64,000 nt of DNA. It comes from the human T2T-CHM13v2.0 reference genome, Homo sapiens. The position numbers and the translations under genes are program-made. The stretch lies in NCBI RefSeq assembly GCF_009914755.1, contig NC_060929.1; one strand, 5' to 3'. Positions within the stretch are counted from its first letter, which is position 1. Each line of letters begins with the position of its first letter. This document shows positions 14,608-35,481 of this stretch, in pieces. A model generated the notes under the pieces. That model ran no database searches. It was not told the origin of the DNA and worked only from the letters and a program-made list of their open reading frames with translations.

Positions 14608-14769
14608 CCCCTTGGCTCCAAGGTCCTCCATGGGCGAGTTTTTCTGGAAGAGCTTCAGCAGGCCCTGGGATGCGGTTGGCGCCTCCTGCGCACAGAAGCT
14701 CTGGCGGCTGCTGAGGGGAGAGGCTGGGCTGGCGGGCTGCTCCGACCCCTCCTGAGGAGCTGGGGAAGA
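14608..14769 (-). CDS. TBC1D9B: TBC1D9B exon 8 (SSPAPQEG...DLGAKG, 162 nt)
   Basis: Acceptor ttttctag|TCT, donor GGG|GTGAG; phase 0-0. Confidence 0.92.
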
Positions 14770-15977
14770 CTAGAAAATAAAACAGGGAAGGGGACGCCCT
14801 AACAACTGTGCTGCCAGGTGGCCTCTGATGCGCCCATCCATCCAGAGCTGGATCGGGGCCCGGTGCAAGAAGGGCCATGGGGGCAAACGGTGCACGGAGA
14901 AGAGCCTGTCTGGCTGGGCAGGAGGCTGTGGCTGCAGCTCAGCCCTCAGCTCCTCTCTGGCTGCTGGACACCGAGTCCTCAGTAATTAACCCCACTCTCA
15001 CCAGCGAGTCAGTCTCAGGGAGCGGGTTCTGGGCTCACCCTGTGGGGCCCTTTTCTGAGGGGGGTCAGTGCAAAGGACAGGAGAGGCCCTATCCTAACGT
15101 GGAGGCACACCCCTGCCCACCCTCGGGCCCATGCTTCCTGGGCTGCACAGAGGGCTGGGTGATGGCCTGTGATGTTGGGCTGGGCTCAGGGTGGGTTTAG
15201 GGCGACTGCGTCACCCGGTTGCTACCAAGGAAATGAGTGGCCCTTCTGCAGGAGTGTTGGGATAACCCAGGGAGCATGCAAGGCCTGCTGCTGCCATCAT
15301 GGTGCCACACGGGCCTGAGAGTGATGCTGTCTTGGCAGAAAGCAAAGTCCAGTGGGGGAGAGCCCAGCTCGACCAGGGCCAGCTGACTGCCTGAACTTCT
15401 TGGCTGGGCAGGTGGTCGATTCCCCATGGTGGGCTCTGGCCTGGGCTGGGCTCTCTACCCCTCACACCCTCCCACTGGCTCTGGTCCCGTGGCCACGGTC
15501 CCACTCCACCCAGGGCTGGGGCAGCTGCCAGGGTGCTGGGCGCCCTCCTAAAACACTTCACATTCTGTGTTTTTTTGAGAGAACCCTGATCTTGACTGTG
15601 GTGATGGCTTCATGGGCGTATACCTGTTAAAACGTACCAAATTGTATTCCTTAAATATGTACAGTGTATTGCGTATCAATTTTACCTCAATAAAGTTGTT
15701 ATTAATATAAAAGGAAAAAGGAAAAAAAAAAAGAGAGAACTCTGCTAGGTTCACACCCACAGTCTACCCCTCTGGCCCGTGATGTTAGAAATGGATTTTG
15801 GGTCCACTTAAACAAATGTTGACGACAAGCTGCCTGAATCCAGTGGGCACGGCCCCAGCGCAGACTGACTGCCTGCCTGGAGATCCTGCTTCCCACCTGA
15901 GCTCCCCCAGAGGGACCGACTAGGACACACACGGGCTCGCAGGCTGTGAGGTGCCTTGGAGGATCACACATCTCAGT

Positions 15978-16090
15978 GCCAGGGAAGGAGCCACACCGCC
16001 GGGTGTGTGGCGTGCAGCAGACGTGTGCTCCTGGCCAGGGAAGGGGCCAGACCGCCGGGTGTGTGGCGTGCAGCCAACGTGTGCTCCTGG
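15978..16090. repeat. Tandem duplication, 56-bp x2
   Basis: gccagggaaggagccacaccgccgggtgtgtggcgtgcagcagacgtgtgctcctg at 15978 and again at 16034 with 4 mismatches. Confidence 0.9.
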
Positions 16091-16549
16091 CGAGGCGGCA
16101 AGCGTGGCACCAAGCTCAGGGACCAGGCGGCTTTCGGCAGAAGCTTGGCTCAAGTCCCACCTTACATTCGGGCTTACTGGCCTCAGGTGGGTGCTCAGAG
16201 CTGCCTGGGATCTTATGTATTCCTAGTCCAGTCCTCCCCTCTTCCCCGAGGTAACCACCTCACATAAACCTCCAAAACCACTTGCCATCCTTGCATCCCA
16301 CTGAACCACACTTCTTCCTGTTTAACTGAGAACAGGGAACAATCCGAGCCCTCCACGGGTGCCCTCCTGCCCGCCCACCTGCCTGCACCTGGACCCCATC
16401 CCCTGCCTTCTCTGCAGGAGTCGCTCTCCCAGCACAGAACTGCACTGTTACTCCTCTAAAGCCCACCCTCACTTTGGCTGGGTGCTGTTCACCTATTATG
16501 CTCCCTCTGCTAAGATTCATCCAGTTGTACACCGTATGTTTACTTTTGG

Positions 16550-19970
<3,421 letters not shown>

Positions 19971-20109
19971 AATAGCGTCTCCTGAATCTGACCCCTTCTT
20001 ACACCTACACTGTTCCTACCCTTGATGCTCGACTCCATCATCTTGTGCCCCTGCTTCTGTGATGGGCTCCAGCCGGCCTCCTTGCTTCTATTCTTGCCAC
20101 TCTCTAGTC

Positions 20110-20742
<633 letters not shown>

Positions 20743-23079
20743 TCAACATGGACGGCCACAGTAACCCCATTAACACGTAAACAGGTCGTGCCCTCCTCTG
20801 GTCATGACTCTTCACTGGCTTCCCCTCTCACCTGAAGTCAAAGCTGCAGCACTCACAGGGCCTACGGGCTTTCGGTGACTTGGCCTTCTGCCACCTCTCT
20901 GGTCTCACCTCCTACACCTGGTCAGTCTCCTAAGCCCTGGTCCCAGAAGCCCGTGCCACATCCAATCCTGTCTCCCAGCTTGCTGTGCTCTCTGCCTCCA
21001 ACACCCTGCCCCAGACAGGCTATGGCTAGTTCCCCTGCTTCTTTCGAGTTTCTCCTCCAGTGCTGCCTGATCAGAGAGGTTGCCCATGAGCAACAGAGAG
21101 AAAATGGAGCCCCCTTCTTTCCCCTGGCACTCCTGATCCCCTCATCCTGCTTTATTTCTACCCACAGCCCTTATCACTGCCTGACATATTGTATGTTTAT
21201 TTGCTTACTGCCTCCCTCACTGGAATACAGCTCTAAGTGAACAGGCACTCTGTCCGATGTGTTCACTGTTCTACTCCTGGGGCCTAGAATAGCAGCTGGC
21301 ACCTAACAGGAATGCAATAAAATGTGTTTGGATGCATGAAGCCGAGTGCCTGGGAGGGGCCGTGAGTGGTGCTTACTCAGCTTTCAGGAAGTGTGGGGCC
21401 TCATGGAGGCAGAGGAGGCTCGACCACCCTGTTCACTGCCCCTGCCACTCAATCCAACTTCACTCTTTCTTGAAATCCCAGATGAAGCCCAACCTTCTCC
21501 ACACCTTTCTTCATGTCTGCAATCCACATTGATTCCGCCCACCCCTTCCCATGCGCTCACTGACGTAGTAATTTATTTAGCATCTATTACTGGGGCAGAC
21601 AATGTAAAGGTCTGCCTGGGCCAGACCACACATGGCTCTAGAGCATGGAGGACACGCACAGCCCCAGCTCCCACGCCCGCTGCCCAATGGGATGGGGCCT
21701 TTAGGGCTGGGCACTGACTTTTCTAGAGAAGCTGGATCTGTGAATTTGCATATGGACTCTTCTAATGGCCAAATGTTTTTGCAAATTCAGACTCAACGAC
21801 AGCAGCAGCACATCCATCTTGTCACACCAGAAAGCAAGGAATCAAAGACGACCAGTGTCGTGCCCAGGGACTCTCAGGGCTAGACCAGATGAGCCCCTCT
21901 GGCCACAGACAGAATAAGCATAGTGATTCCAGTGGAAAGACACACATCAAGTTGCTTAAATCCATACGTTCATAATTACAATAAAAAGTAAACCAAAAAA
22001 CTCACTGGTCACATGTGGAAGACACTAGAAAACCAACTCATCATTATTTTGACAACTGGTGAGTAAGAGGAAAGAGTAAAACATGTATTCCACCTTTCCT
22101 CTATGAACTGTGCCTGGGGTCAGCTTCCCTCTTTGGGAGAATTTCAGCTCCCAGACGAAAGGAGGAATGGAATGAGCATGCCGCTGGCCACTGGCCGCTG
22201 GATCCAGGCATATTCTCAATGACTGACAGTAGCATAGAGAGGTGGCTGGTTGCCAGACATCTCTTGTTGGGAATAAACAGCACCTCAAGCCTGCCCACAG
22301 GCGGACCTGCCAGAACCAAAATCAGCTGAGCCTGAATGTGATCACGGCTCTCGGTCTCACCGCTCAACCAACTTAAACAAGAGACACAGGAGCTTGCTAA
22401 ACGCCTGCAGCGGATGCAATCAGCAAAACCAGACGATGAGAGACTCTATGGCACAAGTGACCGATTCCTTCAAAAAAATATTGTGGAAGAATAAACGAGA
22501 GCTAGGTGGAGCAGAAGCCCGTAGATTAAACAGATTTAAGAGACCTATCAACCAAGAGTGACATGTGTGACTTTCGTCTGCCTCAGTTCAAATAATCAAA
22601 CCGTGAAAAGTACACTTGCACACGGGGAAGTGTGAATACAATATTTGGTGATATTAAGGAATTCTTGTTAAGTTTGCTGGTACAATAGTGATACTGCAGT
22701 TCTACCGTCAAGAACTTCAGCCTGAACGCCTGGCAGGGAAGGTCATGGGAACAAAGCCGAAGTGTACAGGCCTCCACAGTGTGGCTTTGCTCTGAGTGCA
22801 GCAGCAATGCAGAAAGGACAGCCAGAGAAGGTTCCTCATGGGCAATGGGCCCAGCAGGAGTGAGGAGTACCGGGTGTGTGGCTGGGGGTGCAGAGAGGCT
22901 GTGATGTTGCTGGGCAGTGTGGGTCTGGGCTAGGGGTCTCTTGCCAGCTCTGACACATCCACCCCTAGGCGGAGGCCCACAGCCGGAACCATGGGGTCAG
23001 GCTCCAGCGGGGAGGCTGATGGATGCCCTGGCTCTTCCTGGGCCCAACTCGACCCTGCTGCTCCCAAGGGGCTTCTCAC

Positions 23080-23289
23080 CTCTGTGCTAGGGTCCACAAC
23101 ACTGGCTTTCCTGCTCCCGATACTGCCTGGCTGCTTGGATGGTGTTTTCTGGAGGAAGTCAGAGATCCTCTGCACCAAGAAATCACGGTCTTTCAGGTTG
23201 GCAAACAGGAATGTCATTTTGCTTTTGGTGCTGATGGACAGGGGGCTGGGCAGCACGCTGGAGCTGTCAGCTTTTTCGACAATGGTCAC
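23080..23289 (-). CDS. TBC1D9B: TBC1D9B exon 7 (VTIVEKAD...VDPSTE, 210 nt)
   Basis: Within ORF 22930..23325; acceptor tctcag|GTG, donor GAG|GTGAG. Confidence 0.95.
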
Positions 23290-23946
23290 CTGAGAAGGTG
23301 AAAGAACTCTTTTGGGTGTCTGCATCTCAGGCCCTGCAGCTGGGCATGCTTTGTGAATGGCAGACTGTCATGCAGCTGTCCTCTCCTGGGCACAATGCAG
23401 TGAGTGGCCCAACTGTCCTCACATTCTGACTCTGCCACCCGCTGCACCTAACCCCGAGCAAGTTGCCTGTGCCTCTAAGGGCCCGTTTTTCCTGTCGATG
23501 GCGGGGAGCACACCGGCTGTGCAGGGTGGTTCTGAGGATGATGTAGTGTTCAGCCCAGCTGCTGGCCTTCACTGGCTCTCAGAAGGCTGTCCGAAAGCAG
23601 GGCAAGCAGTCCCTTGCTTGCAGGACTGTTCCCTGCACTTGTTCCCAGGGAACACTTTTTGACAGCAGGGGTCCTGGAGCTTGGCTCTGAACCCCTCTGA
23701 GGTGTAGAGGGCACAGGACAAGCTTTCAGTGGGCACCTCTGCAGAGCCCAAGGCCTGGCAGGGAGACGGACGAGGGATGCACCAGCTGAGCACAGTCAGC
23801 AGGGGTGAGTGCTGGGAAGAGGGAAGGCTGGGTGGTCCCAGGGGAGGCGGCCACTGAGCTGAGACCTGGTCCAGCCAGGTGAGTGCTGGGGAAGAGATGG
23901 GTGGGGGCACAGCAGTCACCCTGCAGAGGGGAGTAGGACTGCCTGA

Positions 23947-24304
<358 letters not shown>

Positions 24305-24373
24305 TGAGTGTGCACTTTTTATGTCTGTGTGTGAACATATCCATGGGGTGTGCCTGGGCGCAGGTCTGAGAGG

Positions 24374-24464
24374 GGGAGAGGCGCACAGAAGGCCTCACAG
24401 GTCACAGGAGGCAGGTGGGAGAGGCGCACAGAAGGTCTCACAGGTCATAGGAGGCAGGTGGGAG
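24374..24464. repeat. Tandem duplication, ~43-bp x2
   Basis: ggagaggcgcacagaagg(c/t)ctcacaggtca(c/t)aggaggcaggtg occurs twice. Confidence 0.85.
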
Positions 24465-24569
24465 AAGACTCTAGAGGACTCTAAGCAGGGTGCCAACATG
24501 CTCCCACTGACATTTCGAATTTTGCTGGTTGCTGTGGGAGGATACGCCATAAAGGGGCTAAGTGTGTTA

Positions 24570-24871
<302 letters not shown>

Positions 24872-26354
24872 GGCGGGGGTTGGGGTTCAGTGTGGTTAGG
24901 GAGTGGCTAAAGCAGATGATGGTGTCTTAGGTGGTGTCCGTGGAGAGGAAGGGCTGAGCTCTGCGGGGTGAGCTGGCAAGACATGCTGTAGGGAGGAGGG
25001 AGAGGTCGGAATCTAGGCCGATACGTGGCTTTTACCTGGGCAAAGGGTGGAAGAGGGGTCACTTCCCGAGGGAAGCATGGAAGCGGGTGGTTGGGAGTGA
25101 AATTCAAGAGTCCACTACACCCACAGCAGAGTGAGCTGCGTGCGCAAAAGCCTGCAGGCTGGAACGTGGAGGAGCAGGTGTGTTGAGGGGTCAGCGCTGG
25201 CTGGGCAGGCGGCCCCCACCCTGACCAGCTGCAGAGTTCCATCACCAGAGCACACTCAGTCCTCCAGTGTGAGCTAGTCCTGCTCCCCGAGCTCCGCCAG
25301 GGCTCTCTACCATCTGAGATGTCAAGGGCCCGGCAGGAGAAATCCAAACGGAGCCTCAGGTGTCAGGAAGACCCCTAGGCCTGGGGGACAGGTCAGTACA
25401 GTGCCCCGGACAGATCCACAGGGCCCTGGTGCTAACAGAATGTGGGGTTCGGGTCACACCTGAGCCTCTTAACCTGGAGCTTTTGGAGCTGTGGCTCTTC
25501 TGAGTTCCTTCCCTCTGACTTCCCTTGGGGAAACTGAGGCAGCAACTCTCCCACACCTATTCTCAGCTACATCTGCAACTTGAGGGATTTGTGCAAATGG
25601 CAGGGAGGTCTTTAAGTTAAGAATCTCACTTGATTCTTCTTATAATTAAACAGTCAGAGCCCTGCTTGGCCACAAGGAAAAGGAGGCCTTGGGACCTGTC
25701 CTGACTCAGTCTCATGCCTTCTATTTGGGCAAGGGCCCTTGTCCTTGCTGTCCACACCCCTTCGGTGCAGTGCAGGACAGATGGCCTTGCTCCCACCAGG
25801 GTCACTGTGGAAGTCCAAGAAACCCAAGAAGGAGCAAGTGAGAGCCAATGCAGCCTCACAGGGGAGAGCCGACGCCGCCCCACAGGGGAGAGCCGACCTC
25901 TGATGGCCTGCTGGAGCCGAGCCACGCCAAGGTGGTATGTCCAGAGAGGACTGGTGAGGTGGCCTCTGAGAGTGACATATGGGACCGGTGCAGGAACACG
26001 GTCCTCTAAGCGCAGCCACGGAGCAGCACTTTGCCCTGCAGGGCCCAGAAGGCAGGCCTGATGGAAACTCACGCGTGGGAGACCCTGTCTCCACTAGGCA
26101 AGTGACCTGAGAGGGCAAGCAGTGTGCCCCCACCATGTTACCTGCCTCCCCAACAGGGCAGGTGCCTGTGGAGGGGCTCACTTGTCCTACACCCTCCACC
26201 TGTCCCATCACTGAGTGACATGTGACTGCCTGGGCTAGGGCATCCTCCCAGGTACCCCCCAGTGAGACAGGGCAGAGCAGGACAGGCTGGTCCCTGAGCC
26301 CACTGACACCTCGGGGCTGGAAAGGCCTTGGCCTCTCAACTAGGGGATGCTGAC

Positions 26355-26562
26355 CTCCCTCAGGGGTATGATGAGGTGGCAAGCGTCCTCCTCCTTGCTG
26401 GCGAAGCAGATGTAGTTGTTGGAGATGAACATCTGGCCAGGGATGTGCAGCTTGTTGAACGGCGTCCACAGGGTGCAGCTTGTGTGGCCGTCTAGCCGCT
26501 CATCCCTGGGCAGCCGGAACGTGGCTCGGTAGCACTCATTCTTGGCTCGGGCGTCCAGGTCT
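26355..26562 (-). CDS. TBC1D9B: TBC1D9B exon 6 (DLDARAKNEC...IIPLRE, GRAM 2, 208 nt)
   Basis: Acceptor ttccccag|A, donor GAG|GTCAG; hand-translated; phase 2-0. Confidence 0.93.
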
Positions 26563-28184
26563 CTGGGGAAACAAGGTAGGAGGACAGGAGGAAAGGGGAC
26601 AAGGTCAGGACCAGCACACTCTCAAGGAAGCCTTGGGGCCTCCCCAGGCCTGTTTCCACATCAGATTCAGGATCCCTGGGGTGGTCCCTTGAGCAAGTCA
26701 TGCTCAGGGACCTCAGAGTTCAATAAAAGATGCATGCTGAGTGAGCAGGCAGAAGGTGAGACAGTCACATAACCAGCGGAGAAGTGGCCAGCAAGCAATG
26801 TGTCCTGAGACTGCTTTGAAAAGGACACACCTAGATGCTGGCCTGGGCAATGTGCAACCCATCCCTCGGTACTGATGGGCAAGCAGAGCCCAGAGCACCT
26901 GCCCTGGATCCCACTCAGATGGAGGGCCCCGGGCAGCTCTTCCACCCTGGGCAGGCCTAACCCCAGGTTTCACCTTGAAACCTAGGTGAGGAGCTCCCCA
27001 CAGGGAGGTGTGGAGCTTAAACTAAAGCATGCGGCTGCTAACAGAAATGCACACCTGTGTATCTGATGGCTGTGACAGTGGCCTGGCCCAGGCCCTCACC
27101 CCTTTGGTGGCTCTGTCCACATAAACTCTCCCAGCCCCAAAGGGAGCCTCCTGCCTGCCCTGGGCCGCAGTGGCCTGACCAGGGCCTGACTGCATTCTCA
27201 CCGGCAGTGCCAGGAGCAGTCATGTTCCATCTCTGCTCGTGTTCTTTCCAAAAGGTCCAACAAGCCAACCTGTCACTTGCATCCCAAGGACAACATGCTT
27301 GCACAATTTTCTGGTCCTGGAGGTGGACCCCAGAGTTTGGGCCTGGACCATAGTCTGTGGGTGCAATGCAGGAAATGGCCTGGCTGGAATGAGGTCGCTC
27401 AACACAAGGGTGTGAATCTGGCTGTGGTCAGGCTGGCTGTGGGACCCACGGAACCTCAGAGATCTTGTCCAGCCTCTGGAGTTTCCCATAAGCTACAACC
27501 TAGGAACCCAAACGTTAAGTAGCCCGGGAGGGCTGGCTGCTATGATGTGTTCCTGCCTATCGGTCCCCTGGACAGGGCAGCAGGGAACTCAGACCCACAC
27601 ATGGCCCATCTCCTTGGCTGGCTTCAGACCCAGAGGTCTGCTTCCACGTCAAACTCAGGACCCCTGGGGGTCCCATGGCTGTGAGAGGCCTCTGGCCAAG
27701 GAGTCTCAGGGTATACAGGAGAGCTGTCAATCACGGTGGGATGGAGGCCGTGCACTTGAGCCCAGATTTACCAAAGCCTTTCTGGGGGTGTCAGAACACC
27801 CTGGCTGAGGTGGCTACATCCTGGCTCCACTGCTCACTAACCGAGGGACTTCAGGCAAGTTACTTAACCTCTCTGTGCCTCAGCTTCCTTGTCTGATACC
27901 TAGGGATGGTAAGAGCCCCTTCCCATCATAGGGCCAAGAGGAATAAAGTGTGAAGAGCTTCCTCCCCATTAGTGGTATCCTCAGGACATCACTGCTATCT
28001 CCTGCTGCCTCTCCACACGGGACTGCAATGATCTGTTTACCTGGCTTCCTTCCCAAGTGGGGAGCCCATGAGGGGTGAATGTGGACACCTTCTCCAGGTC
28101 TACACACTTGGACCAGGCAGGTCCCAGCCAAGGTCAGCGAACCTGGCTCACATGAGCCCACCCCAGCCCTGGAGGGCAACGCAC

Positions 28185-28443
28185 CGCTTCAGGGCTGAGA
28201 TGTTCCTGTGTGGCCGGATGGGCCTAGGCAGGGCCTTGTCCTCCAGGAAGCCCTCGCTGTCCAGCAGCTGCCGCATGGCCAGGTTGGCCAACTGCTCCAT
28301 GAGCTTGAAGGTCTCGCCGATGTTGAGGAACATGGAGAAGAAGAGCTCCTGGTCGCGGGTGTCCACACGGATGCTCTCGGGGAAGAGCAGGGTGGCGTTC
28401 TTCTCCAGACGCGTTATGTCCACCCACTGCACCACGAGGCTCA
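28185..28443 (-). CDS. TBC1D9B: TBC1D9B exon 5 (VSLVVQWV...ISALKR, 259 nt)
   Basis: Within ORF 28148..28525; acceptor gcacag|TG, donor CG|GTGCGT. Confidence 0.94.
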
Positions 28444-29361
28444 CTGTGCCCACAGAGATAGACACACCGCAAGTTAGGGCCTGGCAGGGCGAGGCTCCTG
28501 ATGCCCATCTGTACCCCAGACCCATCCCAGGGAACTGCTCTCTGGGGGCAGCACTTCCTGTGTGCCCAGGCCTGTCTGGGCTGTGTCACGCCCTCCATGT
28601 GGAGGGACCAGGCCACTGAGGTGTCCACTGCCTTCCAGACCAACCACACACGGTGAGTGTCTCCCCCACCAGTGGCTGAAGGGGAAAGGAACGAATGTGC
28701 GGAGGTGAACCACCGAGACCCACCCAGCAGCTCCCCCAAGTGGGAGCGCACGGAGGTGTGAACAGTCACAGCACAGCGCGGCCAACACAGAACAGGACAC
28801 AGCCCCTGCTGACGGGAGGTGACTGGCCACCTGGTCGTGACAGGTAAGCGGCAAGGGCAGGAGGGGGCACAGGGAGGCTGTGGGCTGAGGGAGGCAAGGA
28901 GGGAGGAGGGCTTGGTGGGCTTGGGGATGGCTAAGACCCTGGGGCTCTTTCTGGAGCTGCTGGGAAATCAGGCTCGCATCCTGTGGCCGGGATGTCTGTA
29001 GGGAGGAACCTGCAGCAGATGAGGGCTGTGGCACGCACCCAAGGCATTGCATGACATGGAATCACCAGGAATTTGGGACAGACGTGTGCCTGAATACGCC
29101 AGTTCAGCAGAAGAGCGCAGGGCAGGCACGCGGAGTCACCATGTAGAGAACCCTACTAGCGAGTGGGGGGCATGGTAAAAGTCGGCTGGGAGCAGGTGTA
29201 CGCCTGGCCAAGGCCGGACAGTCCCATCTTGGGCCGCTAAGGTGGCATTTGGGTTTCAGGGAGACCCCTCTGGTGGCCATGTGGGGATGGAGTATCTGGG
29301 GGCCGAAGGCAGGGAGGGGCTGAGGGTGTGGGGGCTGGGGCACACTGAGGGGCGGGCTCAC

Positions 29362-29590
29362 CTTCCTTCCCCAGCAGGAAGGAGTAGAAGCACAGGTGGT
29401 TGACCGTCAGGTACAGCCAGCCCTGCCGGGGCACGCGGCCCTTCCAGTAGCTGCAGGAGTAGTAATTCACCAGCTTCTCGCCCTCAGGCATCCCAAACTG
29501 CTTCCGCATCTTCAGCTCAGCCTCCTTGAACTTCCCGGGGTCCTCGTCTCCCTGGGGCTGCAGGTTCTTGTTCTCTTCTGCGATGATTCC
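29362..29590 (-). CDS. TBC1D9B: TBC1D9B exon 4 (GIIAEENK...FLLGKE, start of GRAM 1, 229 nt)
   Basis: Within ORF 29237..29644; acceptor cctccag|GGA, donor G|GTGAG. Confidence 0.95.
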
Positions 29591-29854
29591 CTGGAGGAAG
29601 GCAAGAGGACAAGGGCTTGCCCTGCACAGTCCCGGACAGGTCAAAGGGTGGAGCAGAGAGGCCCAGGGAACCCAGGACTCATGGACCTTGGTCTAAGGGC
29701 TACAGGCACAGCTGGGAACAGTCAGTGGCTCTTGCTGGCTTGCAGTCAAGGCACATGGATGAGAGACGCTGCCTGTGTGACTCTCTAGACAAAGTTCCTG
29801 CAACTCCCGTAACTACTGTCATCACCAGTTGTGAGCAGAGACTTTTTAAAAAAA

Positions 29855-30173
<319 letters not shown>

Positions 30174-30804
30174 TAAAATTGTTGAAACATTATCCATAAA
30201 CATGGTAAAAAATGCATACAGTAGAAATGTGTATTCAGTGAAAAGGGAATCTTTTCTCGCTCTCTGTAGTGACTTTCCTGGTTCCTTCCAGACATGCAAA
30301 CACCAATGGATTCATAAGCAAATGTATGTTTTCCTCTTTCCCCCTTTATTTGCCCAAATGGGATCACCCTGCAGCTCTGTTCTGTAAAGCGCTTCTCTTA
30401 TCACATCCTGGAGGACGTCCTGCACTTGGCCCCCTGTATGCCAGGGGGCTCCTGCCTCTTGGCCCTGCACACAAACCAGCGGCAGGACCTGCAGTTTCAG
30501 GGCCCGTCCATACTCCCTCATGCTGCTGGCATTGTTACAGGGCTCAGGGTGCCCAGAGACATCCCCCTGGGCCACAGAGCCAGCCCCAAGCCTCCTGGGG
30601 TAAAACAGGTCCTCAGCAGTGCCCTCAGCTCAAAATGTACACATTGATTTTCTAGAAAGACAATTACAAGATAAACTAGTCAGTCAAGGTCAGTGCTGGT
30701 GGCTGGGCCACCCCCGATCCCTCTGTCCATGGGCAGTGAGGACAGCCATGAGCCTAGGTGAGGACTGAAAGGTGGGATCTGTTCTGATTTCTTCTATTTC
30801 TGAG

Positions 30805-31325
30805 TAGCCAGGGAAGGAAACTACAATATGCCATCCCAAAATATGCCCTTTTGACATAAGAAGTATTTTGAGCTGAAGGCAATTAAGTAGCAGCAAACAC
30901 AGGAAAAGCTCTTTCTGCCCTCCCTCCCCCTTTCTGCCTAAAAGCTGGATATACGTTCTCCTTTATTGGAGACAATTCTAGATTCCTATCAGCCCAGAGA
31001 TGACACCGCACGCATCTGCAAACAAACCTTACTCCATCGGTTTCATCCCACGTATTTATCTTCTCAGTTTCCTGCCCTTGGAAGCATAAGCTGTTTTCGT
31101 CTGTCCTGTTATTGTTCTTTAAGTGGCCTGTCCCTGTGTTAAGAGGCTGTGTAAACCCAATTCCAACTAAACTTTTGAGTCACCTATCCAAGTTTCTCCC
31201 ATGAATATATGAGATACACACATTAGTAAACTTCTGTTTTTGTCTTGTTAATCTGCCTTTTGTAACAGAGCCCCAGCCAAGAACCTAAATGGGGAGAAGG
31301 AAAAGGGTTTTTCTTCTCTTATACC
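30805..31325 (+). mobile_element. MER34-family ERV1 solo LTR
   Basis: aatatgccatcccaaaatatgcccttttgacataag...tattttgagctgaaggcaatt signature; agtaaa poly(A)-like signal near 31226. Confidence 0.65.
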
Positions 31326-31359
31326 AGTGCTACCGCAGTTGCGATCTAAACATCTCTCT

Positions 31360-33749
<2,390 letters not shown>

Positions 33750-34164
33750 TGAATACACTGTAGGGTAAACGCCAAGAATGGAATTTTTGGGTAAAGGGCA
33801 TGTGTCTTTTAAAATAACGTTAGTTTTATTATAAAAAACAACTCAAAATATCCAATTGTTTCCAGCATCTCTTCTGGCAAACAGAACCGTCTATCTGCGT
33901 ACGCCTTCCAAGGCACTTGGGTAGGAATGGAAGCCCCGCACTAGGCTTCAGCAGCCTCCAGTGCCCACCCAGGGTAAGAAGGGGTTTTCCTGGGTCACGA
34001 GTTCCTCTGCCCCTTTCAACTCCAAGAGAAGGAGCGCTGACACTTCAGTCTCCACCTTTGTAAAATGGGGACGCACCCTACATCGTGAAGATGAAATAGG
34101 ATAATACACGAGAACACTGCTGGCCAGGGAAGGGTGAGAACAGAGAGTGGCGGGTAAACCTTAC

Positions 34165-34283
34165 GTGTATCTTGCCCTTGACGAAGGTGGTGATATCTTC
34201 CTCACTGTCGAAGATGGACAGTGTCTGGAGCAAGTTATTTTCCAGCCATTCCCAGTGTTTTGTGATCTCTTTGCGGGAAGAAC
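34165..34283 (-). CDS. TBC1D9B: TBC1D9B exon 3 ([13 protein letters not shown]...VKGKIH, 119 nt)
   Basis: Acceptor cttctag|GT, donor CAC|GTAAG; hand-translated, not in the ORF track; phase 1-0. Confidence 0.93.
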
Positions 34284-35481
34284 CTAGAAGAGGTTTGGTA
34301 AAGTAAAAGAAAAATCATGAATTCCCCAGGCCTTAAACGCACATTCAAAGAAGCGAGATGAAAGTGGGTGACCTCATTTGCTAAATCTAAGTGACCAGAA
34401 TCTTCAAGCTGCTTTTCCCTCTTAAGCTGATGGATATGTGCATAACAAAGTAATAAATGGTCCTGGTAAAAAAACAAAAAATTAAACGTCCAGGCTGAAT
34501 CACAGTCGTGTGGGAGAGAATGTTTCCACCTGTCCCTGAAGCCAACAGGGAGAGTCACTAAGTCTCCTATGTGTCCTAGAAATAGTCTGTGTGCCTGCAA
34601 GCTTGCTAACTTACACTTTTCCTCAAGTTGAAAGAACTTAATGTGGCTTTTGCTATGTAGGTGATTAATCAGACACAGTCATACTTTGTATAAATGAGTC
34701 CAGCTCTTTCCTGAGCATCTAGGTATCCACAGATAAGCAGCCGGAGCTTCCTACAAGACTCCAGGCCCCTGGCCAGCGAGGCTCCTGCTGGGCAGGCGAG
34801 TAGCTACTGTCCCTCTCTTCAGTTTCTCCTGGCCACCTTCTTACCTTGTGTCTGCCCCACCTAGGAGGGAGGGGGTCCCTGTCCTCCATAGGCCCAACGG
34901 AAATTAAAAAAAATGTAGAGAAAATCTGGGCGCCGTGTCTCATGCCTGTAATCCCAGCACTTTGGGAGGCTGAGGCAGGAGGGTCATTTGAGCCCAGGAG
35001 TTCGAGATCAGCCCGGGCAGCATGGCGAAACCAAAAATACAAAAAATTAGCTGGGCGTGGTGGCATGCACCTGTGGTCCCAGCCACTCAGGATGCTGAGG
35101 TGGGAGGATTGCTTGAGCCTGGGAGGCGGAGGCTACAGTGCAGCCTGAGTGACAAAGTGAGACCTCGTCTCAAAAAACAAAACAACACACAAAACAAAAA
35201 CGTAGAGAAGGCAGCACGATGCCACTTTCAAAGGCTGGAAGAATTGTTTGCTCCCATTAAGGAATCGGGGAAGAAGCCCCGGGGGAAGAGCAAAGGGATG
35301 AGGGGAGATCTCTGCCTGGCCTGGCTCCCCTACCCCCAGCACCTGTTTCTGGGGTTTTGCCTGTACTGAATGAACACAAGGATGAGGAGTGAATGACACC
35401 CTGAATCATTCTCAGCTGTCCGGGGGTGGGACAGGAGGCCCACCCACCAGGCATGAAGACAGCCTCAGCCAAGACATGGCA

